Source of the DNA: Eledone cirrhosa
Taxonomy: Eukaryota
Length of the DNA: 64,000 bases
Direction: 5' to 3'
NCBI GenBank assembly: GCA_964016885.1
Contig: OZ024740.1
Span: 164,672,001 to 164,736,000 of the forward strand
Positions within the stretch are counted from its first letter, which is position 1. Every line of letters begins with the position of its first letter. Below are positions 1-13,062 of this stretch, in pieces. The translations under genes were made by a program, and so were the position numbers. The notes below the pieces were generated by a model. That model did no database searches. It had not been told where the DNA came from and worked only from the letters and a program-made list of their open reading frames with translations.

Positions 1-34
1 ATGTGAGTATGTGTGTGTGTGGGTGTGCGTGTGA

Positions 35-128
<94 letters not shown>

Positions 129-203
129 ATGTGTGTGTGTGCGTGTGTCAAAATTAAGCAGAAATAACATAGCAAACACAACAGTATGTTGAAGAAATAT
201 ATT

Positions 204-263
204 AGTCTAACGCTTGAGATAGCAGAGTCTTCACGTTTCGGAACCTTTTCCTTCATCAGATCA
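204..263 (-). ncRNA. Degenerate type I hammerhead ribozyme motif
   Basis: Reverse complement reads CTGATGA-a-GGAA(aagg)TTCC-GAAACG...CGTT-aga. Core and helix II are good; helix I is poor. Confidence 0.5.
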
Positions 264-462
264 TAGATTGAGAAATAAAAGATAAATAGATATATAAAGA
301 GTGAAAAGAGGAAGAAATGGGGGGAAAAATACATGTGATATTCAGTCAGCCACTTTTTAGATTTGCTGGTGAAGGGGTATCTGACTAGTTAGAGCGGTTT
401 AGGAAGGGAGGTAATCATTGTAGATGTGGACATGTCTCCCCCCCCACTCTCTCTCTCTCTCT

Positions 463-529
<67 letters not shown>

Positions 530-1173
530 CCATTTCTTATTTTATGTGCATGCATCATTTTAATTTCACCCAGAAAGACATAGAACACTCATGCATGCAT
601 ACATACATCCACAAATACATGCATACACGTACATATGCATGTATGTGCATGTATGTATGCACATATCTGTGTTTTATAGCGTTGTGGGTAAAGATAAATT
701 GAAGAATGCACATAAAAATTAGAAAGGTTATTTATTTAGTTTATACGTCTAAGCAATTAAGACCACCCATTATGCATGATAAAGAAAGCGTTGTGATGCG
801 TCTGTAAGTATATCGGTATTTATGTATGTATTTATATGTGTGTGGGTGTGCATTTGTGTATCAGTGTGTCTAGGTGTGTACATATTTATAGATATATGGG
901 TGTGATAGTATATTTATTTAATAACAGAACAGTGTAATTCTCTCTTATTCCGTTGCTCTACGAACGCAGGGAAGCATGTATACGCACACGTGCGCACACA
1001 CACATAAATACATGCACTCACGCACACGCACACACAGGATCGCATACACACAAACACACACATATTTATATATATATATATATAATAAGTGTGTATATGT
1101 ATGGATGCGTGCATCAATTATATATATATACATATATAAATTACACAATTATCAGTTATGTTCAAATCATTTA

Positions 1174-1230
1174 ATTGCTGACAATCGTTTCTTCCAAACT
1201 TTCGTTTGGCATCATCGGAGGATTAGCAAT
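1174..1230 (-). ncRNA. Degenerate HHR (left arm)
   Basis: rc: attgct..cCGATGA-tgccaaac(gaaa)gtttgga-a-GAAAC-gatt-GTC-agcaat. GAAAC/GUC intact; CUGAUGA damaged. Confidence 0.6.
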
Positions 1231-1550
1231 TTTTGTACATATAATTAACTCCCTTTTCAACTGAACAATCATATAGATACATATATATTTAATGTTGTGA
1301 ACAACAGTTTCGTATTTACAGGGTGTAATGGATGCGACATATATTATACGAGAATTCTACTCTCTTGTATTATCTGTCGCATGTATTCCACTCTGTGCTT
1401 TTAATTTGAATTTGAATGTTTGTACAATTCTCGTATAATATATGTCGCATCCATTCCACCCTGTAAATACGAAACTGTTGTTCACAACATCAATATATAT
1501 GTATCTATATGATTGTTCAGTTGAATAGGAGGTTAATTATATGTACAAAT

Positions 1551-1601
1551 ATTGCTCTGATGACTCCAAACGAAAGTTTGGAAGAACCCATTGTCAGCAA
1601 T
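1551..1601 (+). ncRNA. Degenerate HHR (right arm)
   Basis: attgct-CTGATGA-c-tccaaac(gaaa)gtttgga-a-GAAcc-catt-GTC-agcaat. Helix I (6 bp) and helix II (7 bp) are perfect; GAAAC is mutated. Confidence 0.65.
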
Positions 1602-1778
1602 TAAATGATTTGAACATAACATTGATTATTGTGTAATTTATATTCCTGCTCTGTAAAACACCTGATGTTCTTGAGCTATTTCACTTACTGGTAATAAGAT
1701 AGTAATAAATTACTGACCTTTCCTGTTTATAGTTGTTTATAGTATATACATAACTATAAATAGTATCATTATTATTAT

Positions 1779-1889
<111 letters not shown>

Positions 1890-2106
1890 CAAGTATTGTA
1901 CCGAGAAAAATATAAACGTCGGCGTGAAAGAGAATAGGAATTTATATGCTGACTACAATATATATTGTTCAATCAATACTTAATATATTCATCACACTTC
2001 ATTAGAAAGCCTATAATAGTGTAAGTGACTATTCACTACGCGGTAGTAAGTAGTTTTCTTGTTTAAGCATTCATTCCTTATATATAAACAAAACCTTACC
2101 TACCTT

Positions 2107-2238
<132 letters not shown>

Positions 2239-2429
2239 GGTTTGAGGTTCACCACTGTATAGAGCTGGTCTATTCCGTATGGTCAATCGTAATGCAATAA
2301 TATAGAGAGTACTCAACGTAAAGCAGTTCAACCGTCTTTGTTTTTGTAGTTGGTGGTGCTATTACGGAGTTAAATATTATAATGAAATGACAGGAGGCTG
2401 GATTTGTGTAAATCCTTGAAAGGTTTATT

Positions 2430-2487
2430 ATACTATGATCATTTCAATGACCGGGTTCCGTATGAATCCGGTGATATCATCAGGTAT
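2430..2487 (-). ncRNA. Type I HHR (unit 1)
   Basis: rc: atac-CTGATGA-tatc-accgg...ccggt-catt-GAAA-TGATCA-TA-gtat-AATAAA. AUA site; palindromic helix III. Confidence 0.85.
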
Positions 2488-2894
2488 TCGAAATATAATA
2501 CGTGAATGTAATAGGTAAAATCCATGGGGCTGAAAATCGAGACCCGAGGGCGACCGCTATTCTGTTCCTTCAACCTCAGCCGGTCGCCCTGGAGTGACGT
2601 GGCTAAATTTTATAGTCGAATTGTGGTTAGATATATTCAGTCCCATGTCGCTGTTGATTATTACATTTTGAAGTGCTCAACATTTCAGGAGCGTTATTTA
2701 TTCAGGTTTGAGGTTCACACTGTATAGAGCTGGTCTATTCCGTATGGTCAATCGTAATGCAATAATATAGAGAGTACTCAACGTAAAGCAGTTCAAACGT
2801 CTTTGTTTTTGTAGTTGGTGGTGCTATTACGGAGTTAAATATTATAATGAAATGACAGGAGGCTGGATTTGTGTAAATCCTTGAAAGGTTTATT

Positions 2895-2952
2895 ATACTA
2901 TGATCATTTCAATGACCGGGTTCCGTATGAATCCGGTGATATCATCAGGTAT
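2895..2952 (-). ncRNA. Type I HHR (unit 2)
   Basis: Same motif, 465 nt from the first copy. Confidence 0.85.
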
Positions 2953-3489
2953 TCGAAATATAATACGTGAATGTAATAGGTAAAATCCATGGGGCTGAAA
3001 ATCGAGACCCGAGGGCGACCGCTATTCTGTTCCTTCAACCTCAGCCGGTCGCCCTGGAGTGACGTGGCTAAATTTTATAGTCGAATTGTGATTAGATATA
3101 TTCAGTCCCATGCCGCTGTTGATTATTACATTTTGAAGTAACTCTGTAATAGCACCACCAACTACAAAAACAAAGACGGTTGAACTGCTTTACGTTGAGT
3201 ACTCTCTATATTATTGCATTACGATTGACCATACGGAATAGACCAGCTCTATACAGTGGTGAACCTCAAACCTGAATAAATAACGCTCCTGAAATGTTGA
3301 GCACTTCAAAATGTAATAATCAACAGCGGCATGGGACTGAATATATCTAACCACAATTCGACTATAAAATTTAGCCACCTCACTCCAGGGCGACCGGCTG
3401 AGGTTGAAGGAACAGAATAGCGGTCGCCCTCGGGTCTCGATTTTCAGCCCCATGGATTTTACCTATTACATTCACGTATTATATTTCGA

Positions 3490-3547
3490 ATACCTGATGA
3501 TATCACCGGATTCATACGGAACCCGGTCATTGAAATGATCATAGTAT
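3490..3547 (+). ncRNA. Type I HHR (inverted unit)
   Basis: atac-CTGATGA(3494-3500)...GAAA(3532)-TGATC-ATA-gtat, with AATAAA at 3548. Confidence 0.85.
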
Positions 3548-3600
3548 AATAAACCTTTCAAGGATTTACACAAATCCAGCCTCCTGTCATTTCATTATAT

Positions 3601-3678
<78 letters not shown>

Positions 3679-3765
3679 GAAGGATATACATTGTTACAGG
3701 CATGCATCGTAACATACATATAAACACGTACATAGGTTTATCTCCAAATATATGTATACACTCTT

Positions 3766-4850
3766 TTACTTGCTCCATCCATCCGGCTGAAGCCATGCTG
3801 CGGAACCGCCCTTGTTGCTACACATTCTATCTCCAGCTGTGTTGGCTGGCCATTGGTGCAAGAGAGAGTTCGTTACTGCTGCCCTTAAAATACTTTCGTA
3901 ACATGCTGTGGGCTCATTCGGGATCCTGGATAGTAGAGTGTCAAGATGTTTCTTGAAAACATCCACGTCCACACCATGCAGATTTCTCAAATTTCTTGGC
4001 AGTTTGTTGATGAGTTGAGGGCCTTTGAACCCCAGGTTATTGCAATATCTGCTCCTTATTCTAGATGTGAAAGACGGGAAGTTTGGCACTACACAGTGAC
4101 ATCCTGTTCGTGGGTTGGTTCACTTCTCAATGCGAACGTTTGGTGTTAGTCCCGCCAGGATTTTCCATATGTATATCACTGCGTATCTCTGCTGTCTTCG
4201 TTCGAAGGAGTAGAGTTTCAGTTTTTTTTAGCTTCTCTTAGTGGCTCATCTCCTTCATCGGGGCAATTCTCTCGGTGTAGCTTCGTTGGATTGCCTCAAG
4301 ATCCGTGGTTAGTTTGATACTATGGGATGACCACAGTTGGGAGCAGTAGTCCAGTCGGCATAGGACAAATGTCCTCCATAGTACCAACATGGTCTCTCGG
4401 CCTCTTGTCCGGAAAGTCGTCAAGATCCAGCCAGCTAGTCGTCTGCACATTGTCGCCACCCTCATGATGTGTGAAAAAAAAGATGCATCATCGCTCATGT
4501 CTACCCCCAGGTCTCGTATCAATTTCGACACGGAGATTTTGATCCCTCCTGATCCGTTGTAGCTGTGTTGTACTGTCTTTGTGTTAGCAGGTTGGTATTG
4601 TAGGGCTTGAACATTTTCAGTATTAAATTGCATGTTGTTGTTCTCATCCCATTTTTATATGCCCTGAAAATCTTGTTGTAAAAGGGCAGCATCAACCGGG
4701 TTACCTTTGTGATACCTTTGTGTCATCAACATAATTAGTGAGGGATGTACTTCTGAGAGAGCCACCAAAAGCAGTAGTGGTCCCAAGACCGTACTGTGGG
4801 GTACCCCATGGCACAGTCTTGGCACTTGATGTTTCTTTTAGAGGACCCCG
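3766..4850 (-). mobile_element. 5'-truncated, decayed CR1/L2-group LINE (RT C-terminal part and 3' end)
   Basis: Broken frames give GVPHSTVLGPLL, YVDDTK, IRDLGV, LDYCSQLWS, LEAIQRSYT, GPQLINKLPRNLR and FKKHLD. Confidence 0.85.
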
Positions 4851-4871
4851 TTTCTCAGCTTAAAACCTTTC

Positions 4872-4953
<82 letters not shown>

Positions 4954-5024
4954 AAATTTGAGCAAGAAGAGTTAACTTTTAACTCCTATTAATTCTTTTT
5001 AATTTTTATTTCAATACTCAACAT

Positions 5025-5062
5025 CTGATAAGATGGATTTTAATAATACATCGAAACTGGTA
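5025..5062 (+). ncRNA. Degenerate HHR relic
   Basis: CTGATAA-gatg...catc-GAAAC-tg-GTA, next to a (CA)n(TA)n tract. G8>A in the core; weak helix I. Confidence 0.4.
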
Positions 5063-5148
5063 ATTCTTCATATGCTTTATATACATCATAACATTTAAAA
5101 AAAAAAAGAATTGTCCTTTTCATTTTTTCAATAATGTTATCTTTTCAA

Positions 5149-5305
5149 TAATTGTTTCTACTTTTGGCACAAGGCCAGCAATTATTCCAGTGCATTACTG
5201 GTACTTTATTTTATCGACCCCGTAAGGATGAAAGGCAAAGTTAACCTCGGCGGGATTTGAACTCAGATCATAAAGGGAGGTAACTCTATGCTTCAAAGCA
5301 TGGCA
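5149..5305 (-). mobile_element. tRNA-derived SINE, partial
   Basis: rc contains the B-box GAGTTCAAATCCC, the core gcctttcatccttacggggtcgataaaataaagtaccag and the tail gccttgtgccaaaagtagaaacaatt. Confidence 0.85.
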
Positions 5306-5418
5306 ATGTCACTTTGACGAATCAAAAAAGAAAAACAGACCCTTAAATATATTTTCCGTCCTATTTCCAATTTCACTTTTTCTCTATATCCACTGTTATG
5401 TATAGAACCTTATTTCCC

Positions 5419-5450
<32 letters not shown>

Positions 5451-5874
5451 CATGTGTGTGTGTGTGTGCGTGTGTATAGCATGGCCTTGTAATAAATTGT
5501 TTAGTTTCATGATCAAAGAGTTGACAGTTTAGATATGGATAGTTTAGTTGACGGTATAGTATGCACGTATGTTCGTTGCTCTAATGAAACCGGAGTCGAT
5601 AACTCTGCAATGACCTGATCAACACTCAATAATAAACAGGAATAAAACGATACCTTAGAGTTGCAACGATTCAATTTTGTATAGAATGTAGAATGGACAA
5701 CCTGAACAATCATGAGAGAAAATAAAGGAAACAGATATCTAGGGAAAATGTATTTACCTGGACCGTTTATAGCACACCTGGCTGTACGTATGTGGGGCTA
5801 AATAAATGCATTACACGAATTTACAGCAATAGCATAAGGAAGAGTTGTATTTTTGCGGAGACTACGCTAATATT

Positions 5875-5875
<1 letters not shown>

Positions 5876-5936
<61 letters not shown>
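5876..5936. repeat. (CTA)n microsatellite
   Basis: Perfect trinucleotide run. Confidence 0.95.
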
Positions 5937-8264
5937 ATGTAGCTGTCACTGTCATTATATGTCTACTGAGCAGTAATCTATTAGTAACGTCTATCCATAT
6001 TCCACGGCTAGAAAATCTAAAGCTAGTTTTAAAATCTCGGCGTTCGATTAATATTACGATATTCAAAGGGAGTTGTTCTTAGTTCATATAGATTTCAATT
6101 CGCATATATACACAGAGACACACACATACCACCCCCATATTATATATATATATTACTGGCATGTTAACCGTGATTGGTTTCAATACGTGGGGCAGGGGCA
6201 TATTTCTTTTCAATTTTTATATTTTAGCCAATACTAGATATATATTTATATATGTATCTGTGTGGTTTCCCACCTGTGCCTGTGCATGTCTATTTGTTTC
6301 TATGACTCTCACTAAAGATAGCGAACATGGAACGTACTTTTAGAATATGATCCTTTCTACACCCTTTTTGCGCATTTCTTCCTTAACAATCAATAAAAGT
6401 TTAATGGTGTATGAACGAACAAAATAAAAAATAAAACTTCCGTTAACATATTCAAAGGCAAAAAATATAGTAAAATAACGATTTTTAATTTAGGCACAGG
6501 TCCATAGATATCCGTAGAGTAACGCTCTATCCCAAAATGTCGCTGTTATATTCTCTATCGACATTGAAATGAGAAAAAAAGGGAAGTCATTTAAGGCAGA
6601 ATGACACCTTTTGATTGCTCTCCTTTTCTATTGATTCTGCTACGGATTAAATTATGAAACTATGTATGGCCAGATTGAAACAGAAAAATATTAGATCAGA
6701 AATATAAAATAAAATGTAGAAAAGTCAATGAGGAAGAATAAACTATGTAACGAAAGAAGAAATACATTAATGAAATAGAGAAAGAGGACGCACAAGAAAG
6801 AAATCCAAAGTCATAAACAGTGATATAATCAGGTCGGTTGGAGCAAAGATTGAAAAACAGAAAAATTGAAATAAACCAAATTATATAATGGTGGAAACAA
6901 ATTCAGAAAACTATAAGGAATTAATTTGAAGAAAATATTATGACATAAAAGAAAATGAGAATTAATTCAAAATAAATGAATTTCAAATTTACATGTCATA
7001 AAAGTAAAGGAAACCAAACAGGAATGGTAACGTACAAAAAGGAATATAAGAATAGACGAAGACTAATACTAATAAGTGGCGGAATACGTGGAAAAAGAGA
7101 GTGATGAATAAGGAATATGAACGTGAGATAGATGACGATGAGTGAAAGAATGAAAAAATTAAAATGAAAGAGAAAAAGAGAAAAAGGAAAATATATTGAA
7201 CGAATGAAAATGTAAGAGAAAAAAGAGAAAAAATTAAAATATATTGAAAAAAGTGAAAAAATAAAAATATTTTGAACGAATGAATTCTAAAGAAGAAGTT
7301 ACATATAAATAAAGAAAGCATTAAAACTATTATAGCGAAAAGAAGGATGAATTCAAAATAGAAATAGAAATAGTAAAATAATTCAGAGAGAAGGAAAAGG
7401 CAGAAGGAGAATAAAGGTAGGGAAAATAGGGGAAGAAAAAGAAGAAATAAAGGAATGAATAAAGGAGTCTGGAACTATTTCCAGATCTAAAGTAGTTTAG
7501 AGATTGGCGGAAGCTATCAGTTTTGTTTATGATGATTAAGCTGTCATTAGGTTAACTAGCGGCATAAAGTAACGGGAATTGGACCCGTTTCTTCCTCCTT
7601 CACTCATTACATACTTCCATCAGACATATATAGAAATATACAAATATACACACATACACATTCAGCTGTGTGCGTCTGTATCTGCACGCGTATACACACA
7701 CAGACATATATATATATATATACACTATAAATGTGCGTATGTAGCTATGTAGGCATGTAGCTACAAATGTGCGTATGTAGCTATGTATTTATCAAGGTAT
7801 GTGGATGTATGTATGTAATACATCCCACATCGATCATATTCAAACCACGTAGGACACATTCCCCGTACCTCCATCAATCCTGGATATATGTGTTACGATC
7901 ATTAAATCAAAATGAAACGGAGATGAGAGTATATATATGTGAGTGGTTGTGTGTAAGAAGGTGTACATGAGTGTGTATCTCTATATAATGGCCTTATCAA
8001 CATTGATGGAAATAAAAGTACAGATTATGTAACAGTGAAAATAGTGAAAAGAACAAAAAACAAAGGTGGCGGCAATGGTAGTGATAGTAGACATTGTGAA
8101 GCTTTTGGTAGTGAAAGAATCATAACGATATCAAGACGTTCAACAAAGTAGACAAATACATCGAGTTAGTCTGGACATTATTCTATGTTCTATACATGCA
8201 CATTTGATGAATTGTAGTGCACCTGAGCTCTGTACACGATGATTTCCATTATTACTATTATTAA

Positions 8265-8455
8265 GGGCGGTGGATTGGCAGTAATGGTAGAGGGTCGGAC
8301 GCCATGCTTTGACGCATAGAGTTACAGCCCTTGCCATTCTGAGTTCAAATCCTGCCGAGGTTAACTTTGCCTTTCATCCTTACGGGGTCGATAAAATAAA
8401 GTACCAGTAATGCACTGGGTAATTGCTGGCCTTGTGCCAAACATAGAAACAATTA
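8265..8455 (+). mobile_element. tRNA-derived SINE, full length
   Basis: Head ggcggtggattggcagtaatggtagag (A-box-like), B-box gagttcaaatcc, conserved core and (ATT)n tail. Confidence 0.9.
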
Positions 8456-8615
8456 TTACTATTATTAAAACATTTACATTAAATAATTTAAATGGATATA
8501 GAATGTGATTCACAGAGACACACAAGCACACATATGTACAATTATACGCTCCACTCACAAATACATGCATGCACGCGCGCACGTACACATACACGCACAC
8601 ACACACATACACACA

Positions 8616-8671
<56 letters not shown>

Positions 8672-8715
8672 CACATACATGTTAAGTGTATGAAACATTA
8701 TATTTATACTATATA

Positions 8716-8759
8716 CTGATGATTTCCTTCCCTTCGAATGAAACAGTTCTAGACCTGTA
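8716..8759 (+). ncRNA. Degenerate HHR relic
   Basis: CTGATGA...GAAACAG-tTCTAGAc-CTGTA. Helix III is 4 bp with a palindromic loop; helix I is absent. Confidence 0.5.
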
Positions 8760-8797
8760 GAAGCCATTGCTATATTAAATATTGTATAAATAAATAA

Positions 8798-8843
<46 letters not shown>

Positions 8844-8884
8844 TGGAGAATGGAAATGGCTGTGTAGTTGCTATTTAAGGTAAC

Positions 8885-9180
8885 TTAAAATACAGTGGGA
8901 ATACGAAGAAAGCAAGAACGGGGGGAGGGGTGTTTCCTCTATCAGTTGTCTACTGGAAGTCTCGGATATTTCTACGCTTTAAAGACAAGATATCTAACTC
9001 CAGGGCGTCAATAACTGGATAAGTTATTGGGAAAACGGAGGAAGGAGGGAAGGAAAGCAAAGGGGAAGAAATGAGAAAACAGTAAACATACAGCAAAAAA
9101 ACAACAACAACAAACCGAGCAACGTACGAGCAACTTAAGGGAAGGAAATCCAAGACCACTCGCTAAGAGAACTTAAGTTC
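8885..9180 (-). repeat. Interspersed family Y (other copies ~11080-11345 and ~32005-32260; hairpin at 32609-32695)
   Basis: Block atcagttgtct...gatatttc...agacaagata...aagttattggg shared by three places, each near TA repeats. Confidence 0.75.
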
Positions 9181-9612
9181 TATGGAGAGAGAGGGGTGTA
9201 GGGAGAGGGAGTGACCGGGAGAGAGAGGAGAGAAAGAGAGAGAGAGAGGGGGAGAGAGAGAGAGAGAGAGTTAGGTAAAATCCCGAACGCGGTACCAAAC
9301 GATTTCGGCTTGTGTGTTCAGCAAACCTTTTCAGGGATGTAGTAATTGCTAGGTCTTTAAAACTAGGTCACTAGTTTTGCTAGTGCCTTGGTAAAATTTA
9401 TCATAGTAGGTAGTAAGCTGAGCTGATGGAGAAAGTTAGATGGGGGCAGAGAATAGTAGGTGTATTAAAACAAGATAGGGATGAAGAGAAGTGGGTAATG
9501 TCTGTGGGGGTATGAGTGGTTAGTGTGGAGGTGTGGAGTAGGAAGAGAAGGAATGGAATGGTCATAGGAGTAGGGGTGGAGGTGGTGATTGATAAGACTA
9601 CCTACAGACAGG

Positions 9613-9802
9613 GCTGAGAAGCAAATCCTCTTTCTGCTGGAAGCAAATCCTCTTTCTGCTGGAAGCAAATCCTCTTTCTGCTGGAAGCAAATTCACTTTC
9701 TGCTGGAAGCAAATCCTCTTTCTGCTGAGAAGTAAATCCTCTTTCTGCTGGACTCTTTCTGCTGGAATCCAACAGAAAGAGGATTTGCTTGGAAATCACT
9801 AG
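9613..9802. repeat. 22-bp minisatellite (GCTGGAAGCAAATCCTCTTTCT)n derived from the apex of the 10627-10989 palindrome
   Basis: About 6 units of period 22, ending in ggactctttctgctggaatccaacagaaagaggatttgctt, which also occurs at ~10797-10837. Confidence 0.85.
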
Positions 9803-9834
9803 TTGAAGGGTGGGTATTTTAAAGAAAAGAATAT

Positions 9835-9990
9835 TTGGGCACAAGGCCACCTATTTTCGGGATGGGAAAGTCGATTAGATTGACTTCAGTGCATTACTAG
9901 TGCTTTATTTTATCCACCTCATAAGGATGAAAGGCAAAGCTAACCTCGGTGGGATTTGAACTCAATATGTAAAGGTAGACGACTCTATGC
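9835..9990 (-). mobile_element. tRNA-derived SINE (longer variant)
   Basis: gcacaaggcc...ggatgaaaggcaaagctaacctcggtgggatttgaactc. Confidence 0.8.
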
Positions 9991-10672
9991 AAAATAATAA
10001 GTTGATTTTCTAGAAGCATATGAGCAAATAGTTAAATAATTTAGTATGTAGATGGCTGAATAGGAATAAATAAAACAAAATAAAATCAAGTAAAATTTAA
10101 TATTTAAAAATAGATGATAAAATAGATAATATGGGAGGCTAACTTGTGTTATATGTAAGCATATTGCATACATACAAGCACACACAAGTATACGAAGATA
10201 TTTTAAAATATTTTACATAGAAATACATGAATAAATAAATCAATTAACACTTTAAAGAAAGGACTGGGGTGAAATGAGATAACATTTAGAGGGTAAGAAA
10301 ATGAGTAGATGGATAGATAAGTGTGTAAATTACATACACTAGGTGGGTAGGTGAGTGGATAAAATATGTACATATACCACAGGCGTGTGCAGACTTGTAG
10401 ACTTGTGCATGCACACACAAGCATAAGTGCATTCATACCTGCACGCGTACTAGTGTGCACACATATACATGCTTATTCAAATACTTACGTGCACATATAT
10501 ATATATACACGCACACATACACACACATACACATATATATATATATTTGAAGTAAGGTTGCTTGGATGCGCCCATAGGCGGTATGCCGGTTGAGCACTCT
10601 ATGCTCCTTTGGAGCAGAGTATGATAATATGGAAAACGAATAATCAGTGATGCACCGGAACACAATTTATTA

Positions 10673-10763
10673 GGTATTACAATTGTTTCTCCGGCGAACA
10701 GCTCGAGGTGCGGTCTGTTTGTGGATCGAACCTGACTCTGGATTCGCAAGTTCTTCAGATACG
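10673..10763 (-). ncRNA. Type I HHR with extended helix II (left arm)
   Basis: rc: gtat-CTGAAGA-[62 nt]-GAAAC-AATT-GTA-atac, then AATAAA. Confidence 0.8.
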
Positions 10764-10850
10764 TCTAGTGATTTCGAAGCAAATCCTCTTTCTGCTGGAC
10801 TCTTTCTGCTGGAATCCAACAGAAAGAGGATTTGCTTCGAAATCGCTAGA

Positions 10851-10941
10851 CGTATCTGAGGAACTTGCGAATCCAGTGTCAGGTTCGATCCACAAACAGA
10901 CCCCACCTCGAGCTGTTCGCCGGAGAAACAATTGTAATACG
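10851..10941 (+). ncRNA. Type I HHR with extended helix II (right arm)
   Basis: cgtat-CTGAGGA-acttGCGAAT...GTTCGCcgga-GAAAC-AATT-GTA-atacg; AATAAA at 10943. Confidence 0.8.
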
Positions 10942-10982
10942 TAATAAATTGTGTTCCGGTGCATCACTGATTATTCGTTTTC

Positions 10983-11083
<101 letters not shown>

Positions 11084-11406
11084 AAGAAACAGGGGGTGTG
11101 TAGTTGCTGAAAAAGGTGTAGTTTTAAGAGGAAAGCATAAACGGGAGAAAACTTTCCTTCATCAGTTGTCTGCTGGGGATCATGGATATTTCTACGCATT
11201 AAAGACAAGATATCTAGCCTCAGTGCGTCAATAACTAAAGGAAGTTATTGGGAAAAAGGGAGAGAGAGAAAAAATATATAACAGAAGGGAAAAGGGAAGA
11301 AAAAGGAAAAAGACAGCGAAACAAACGGGAAACAACAAACCGAATATATATCTATATATTACCAGCCAAGACGCGATTCTCGCTGAATTTATATATATAT
11401 ATATAT

Positions 11407-11609
11407 AATGAACGAAGTGTGGTAAGGAACCAGGTGGACCATAACGCACCAGAGTACTCGAATACTTTTGGTAGTAGAGTGGGTAATAGGAAAATGTTCA
11501 GGACCCCGACGGCAGAGTTCAAGCTGTTTCGACGGCTATTTCTGGACTAAATTTAGTTCAGAAATAGCCATCGAAACGGCTTGAGCCCTGCCGTCGGGGT
11601 CTTGAACAT

Positions 11610-11615
<6 letters not shown>
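11407..11615. mobile_element. Solo PLE terminus (family X) with fold-back
   Basis: Matches the outer end of the PLE at 19790-19935. Arms 11489-11550 and 11553-11614; within (TA)n. Confidence 0.85.
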
Positions 11616-11648
<33 letters not shown>

Positions 11649-12500
11649 CACACATGCACGTTCACGCACAATCCCACATGCATACACAAAAGCTACTCTC
11701 CTCATGTGGACATGAGGAGAGTAGTGGGCAGAATGTTCAGCCCACACGTGCCTATATGTATCATACACATGCACAGATATTTGTAAATACCACATTCATA
11801 CATCCATACAGAAACCAGGGCAGGGGATATGATAAAGTTACCTGCACACATGTACATGGAAAGATGAGTAGTGGTTGGTTGACGGTATATATGGTAGGTA
11901 GTAGGTGAATACCCTAGATGGGGAGAGGCAGAATGGGATGTGGATATGGTGTGTCCGCAGATGGCTTCCCGTTGGAGGAGCGAGTGATGGATAGGAGTGT
12001 AGGCTGGAGCTTAGTCCAAGTGCATGACACTGTGTGGGATTAAACGACGGGTGGTTCGGGTTTCCAGCGATTGCTAACTGTGGATCATTAACCTCCAGGA
12101 TCGTGTGTTGGTTTGTGGCATAGTTACGAATTTTGTATGCGATGCATAAATTTTGTCATCAGTTCAGATTTTTTGTTTATTAATATTATTCATTATTCTA
12201 TGCAATTATATGTGTCGGTTGGGCTGTTCCGTTAATGACCATAAGGTCATAATTTCAGTCGGTTCCCGCTGGATTTGGTCTCTTGGAACACGAATCTTAT
12301 TTCATTTTGAATCTGTAATTAAAAAAACTGGTCTTGCGAATGTGCCACTGGACATATTACACATTTCTAATGTAACAGAGATGAGATGAGAATTCCTGGA
12401 AATTCAATGGTACCAGTTTTCAAAGTTGGAAGTAGGAAGTATACTGATGTTGTTTAACGTAAGATCTATATCCAAAGCCACTCCACTTTATTCAGATAGC

Positions 12501-12544
<44 letters not shown>

Positions 12545-12548
<4 letters not shown>

Positions 12549-12822
12549 GAAAGGTATAGAAAACATTGCAGCGAAAAGCCAACAGTATTCCATAATATAT
12601 AAGTGACTATAGCGTCAAAATGAGAAAAATAGTTAACGGAAGATGTGGGAAAAATAATTCAAACTCATCTCAAAGAGAATCAGGATATAGATTCATCCAC
12701 AGAATTTAGTGAAATCCAGGGAAAAATCAATAGAGCCTTAACTCATGATAAAATAAAGTTTAAAATACTCATCCTTCAATTTGGAAAAACTTCAAATGCT
12801 CTGTATAGTCTTAAAGACTATA
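12545..12822. repeat. TA-flanked interspersed family also at ~54118-54450
   Basis: Shared tatataagtgactata...aaaact(t/a)caaatgc..tatagt.ttaaa(a)gac blocks. Confidence 0.6.
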
Positions 12823-12830
12823 TATATATA

Positions 12831-12950
12831 TCGAAACGGGTTGAGCTCAGCCTTCGGGGTCCTACTTGTTCCTATTACCCACGCTACTACTCTAAGTATT
12901 GAGTACTTTGGTGTGTTATGGTCCATCTGGTTCATATGGTCCATCATATG
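12831..12950 (+). mobile_element. Family X PLE-terminus fragment
   Basis: tcgaaacgggttgagctcagccttcggggtcctac...gagtactttggtg, between TA runs. Confidence 0.8.
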
Positions 12951-12953
12951 TAT

Positions 12954-13062
<109 letters not shown>

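Larger units (their letters stand above)
1135..1642. mobile_element. Fold-back non-coding element (~220-bp inverted arms), one HHR per arm
   Basis: Arms ~1135-1356 and ~1426-1642 are reverse complements; the left end abuts TA-rich repeats. Confidence 0.85.

Noticed and set aside
2524-3453. Duplicated MGLKIETRG... ORFs
   Set aside because: Antisense to the HHR/AATAAA strand of the repeat; no recognisable domain.
5573-5615. Weak HHR-like traces here and near 6310, 17450, 17900, 18130 and 30160
   Set aside because: Two or more core mismatches each; not distinguishable from chance by eye.
8265-8360. tRNA genes at SINE heads
   Set aside because: A/B boxes are present but there is no full cloverleaf, and the SINE core always follows.
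9613-9760. CRISPR-like repeat
   Set aside because: Units are contiguous with no spacers, there are no cas genes, and the context is eukaryotic.
12030-12480. Possible very old GIY-YIG C-terminus (also ~50950 and ~59420)
   Set aside because: Too decayed to read motifs reliably.
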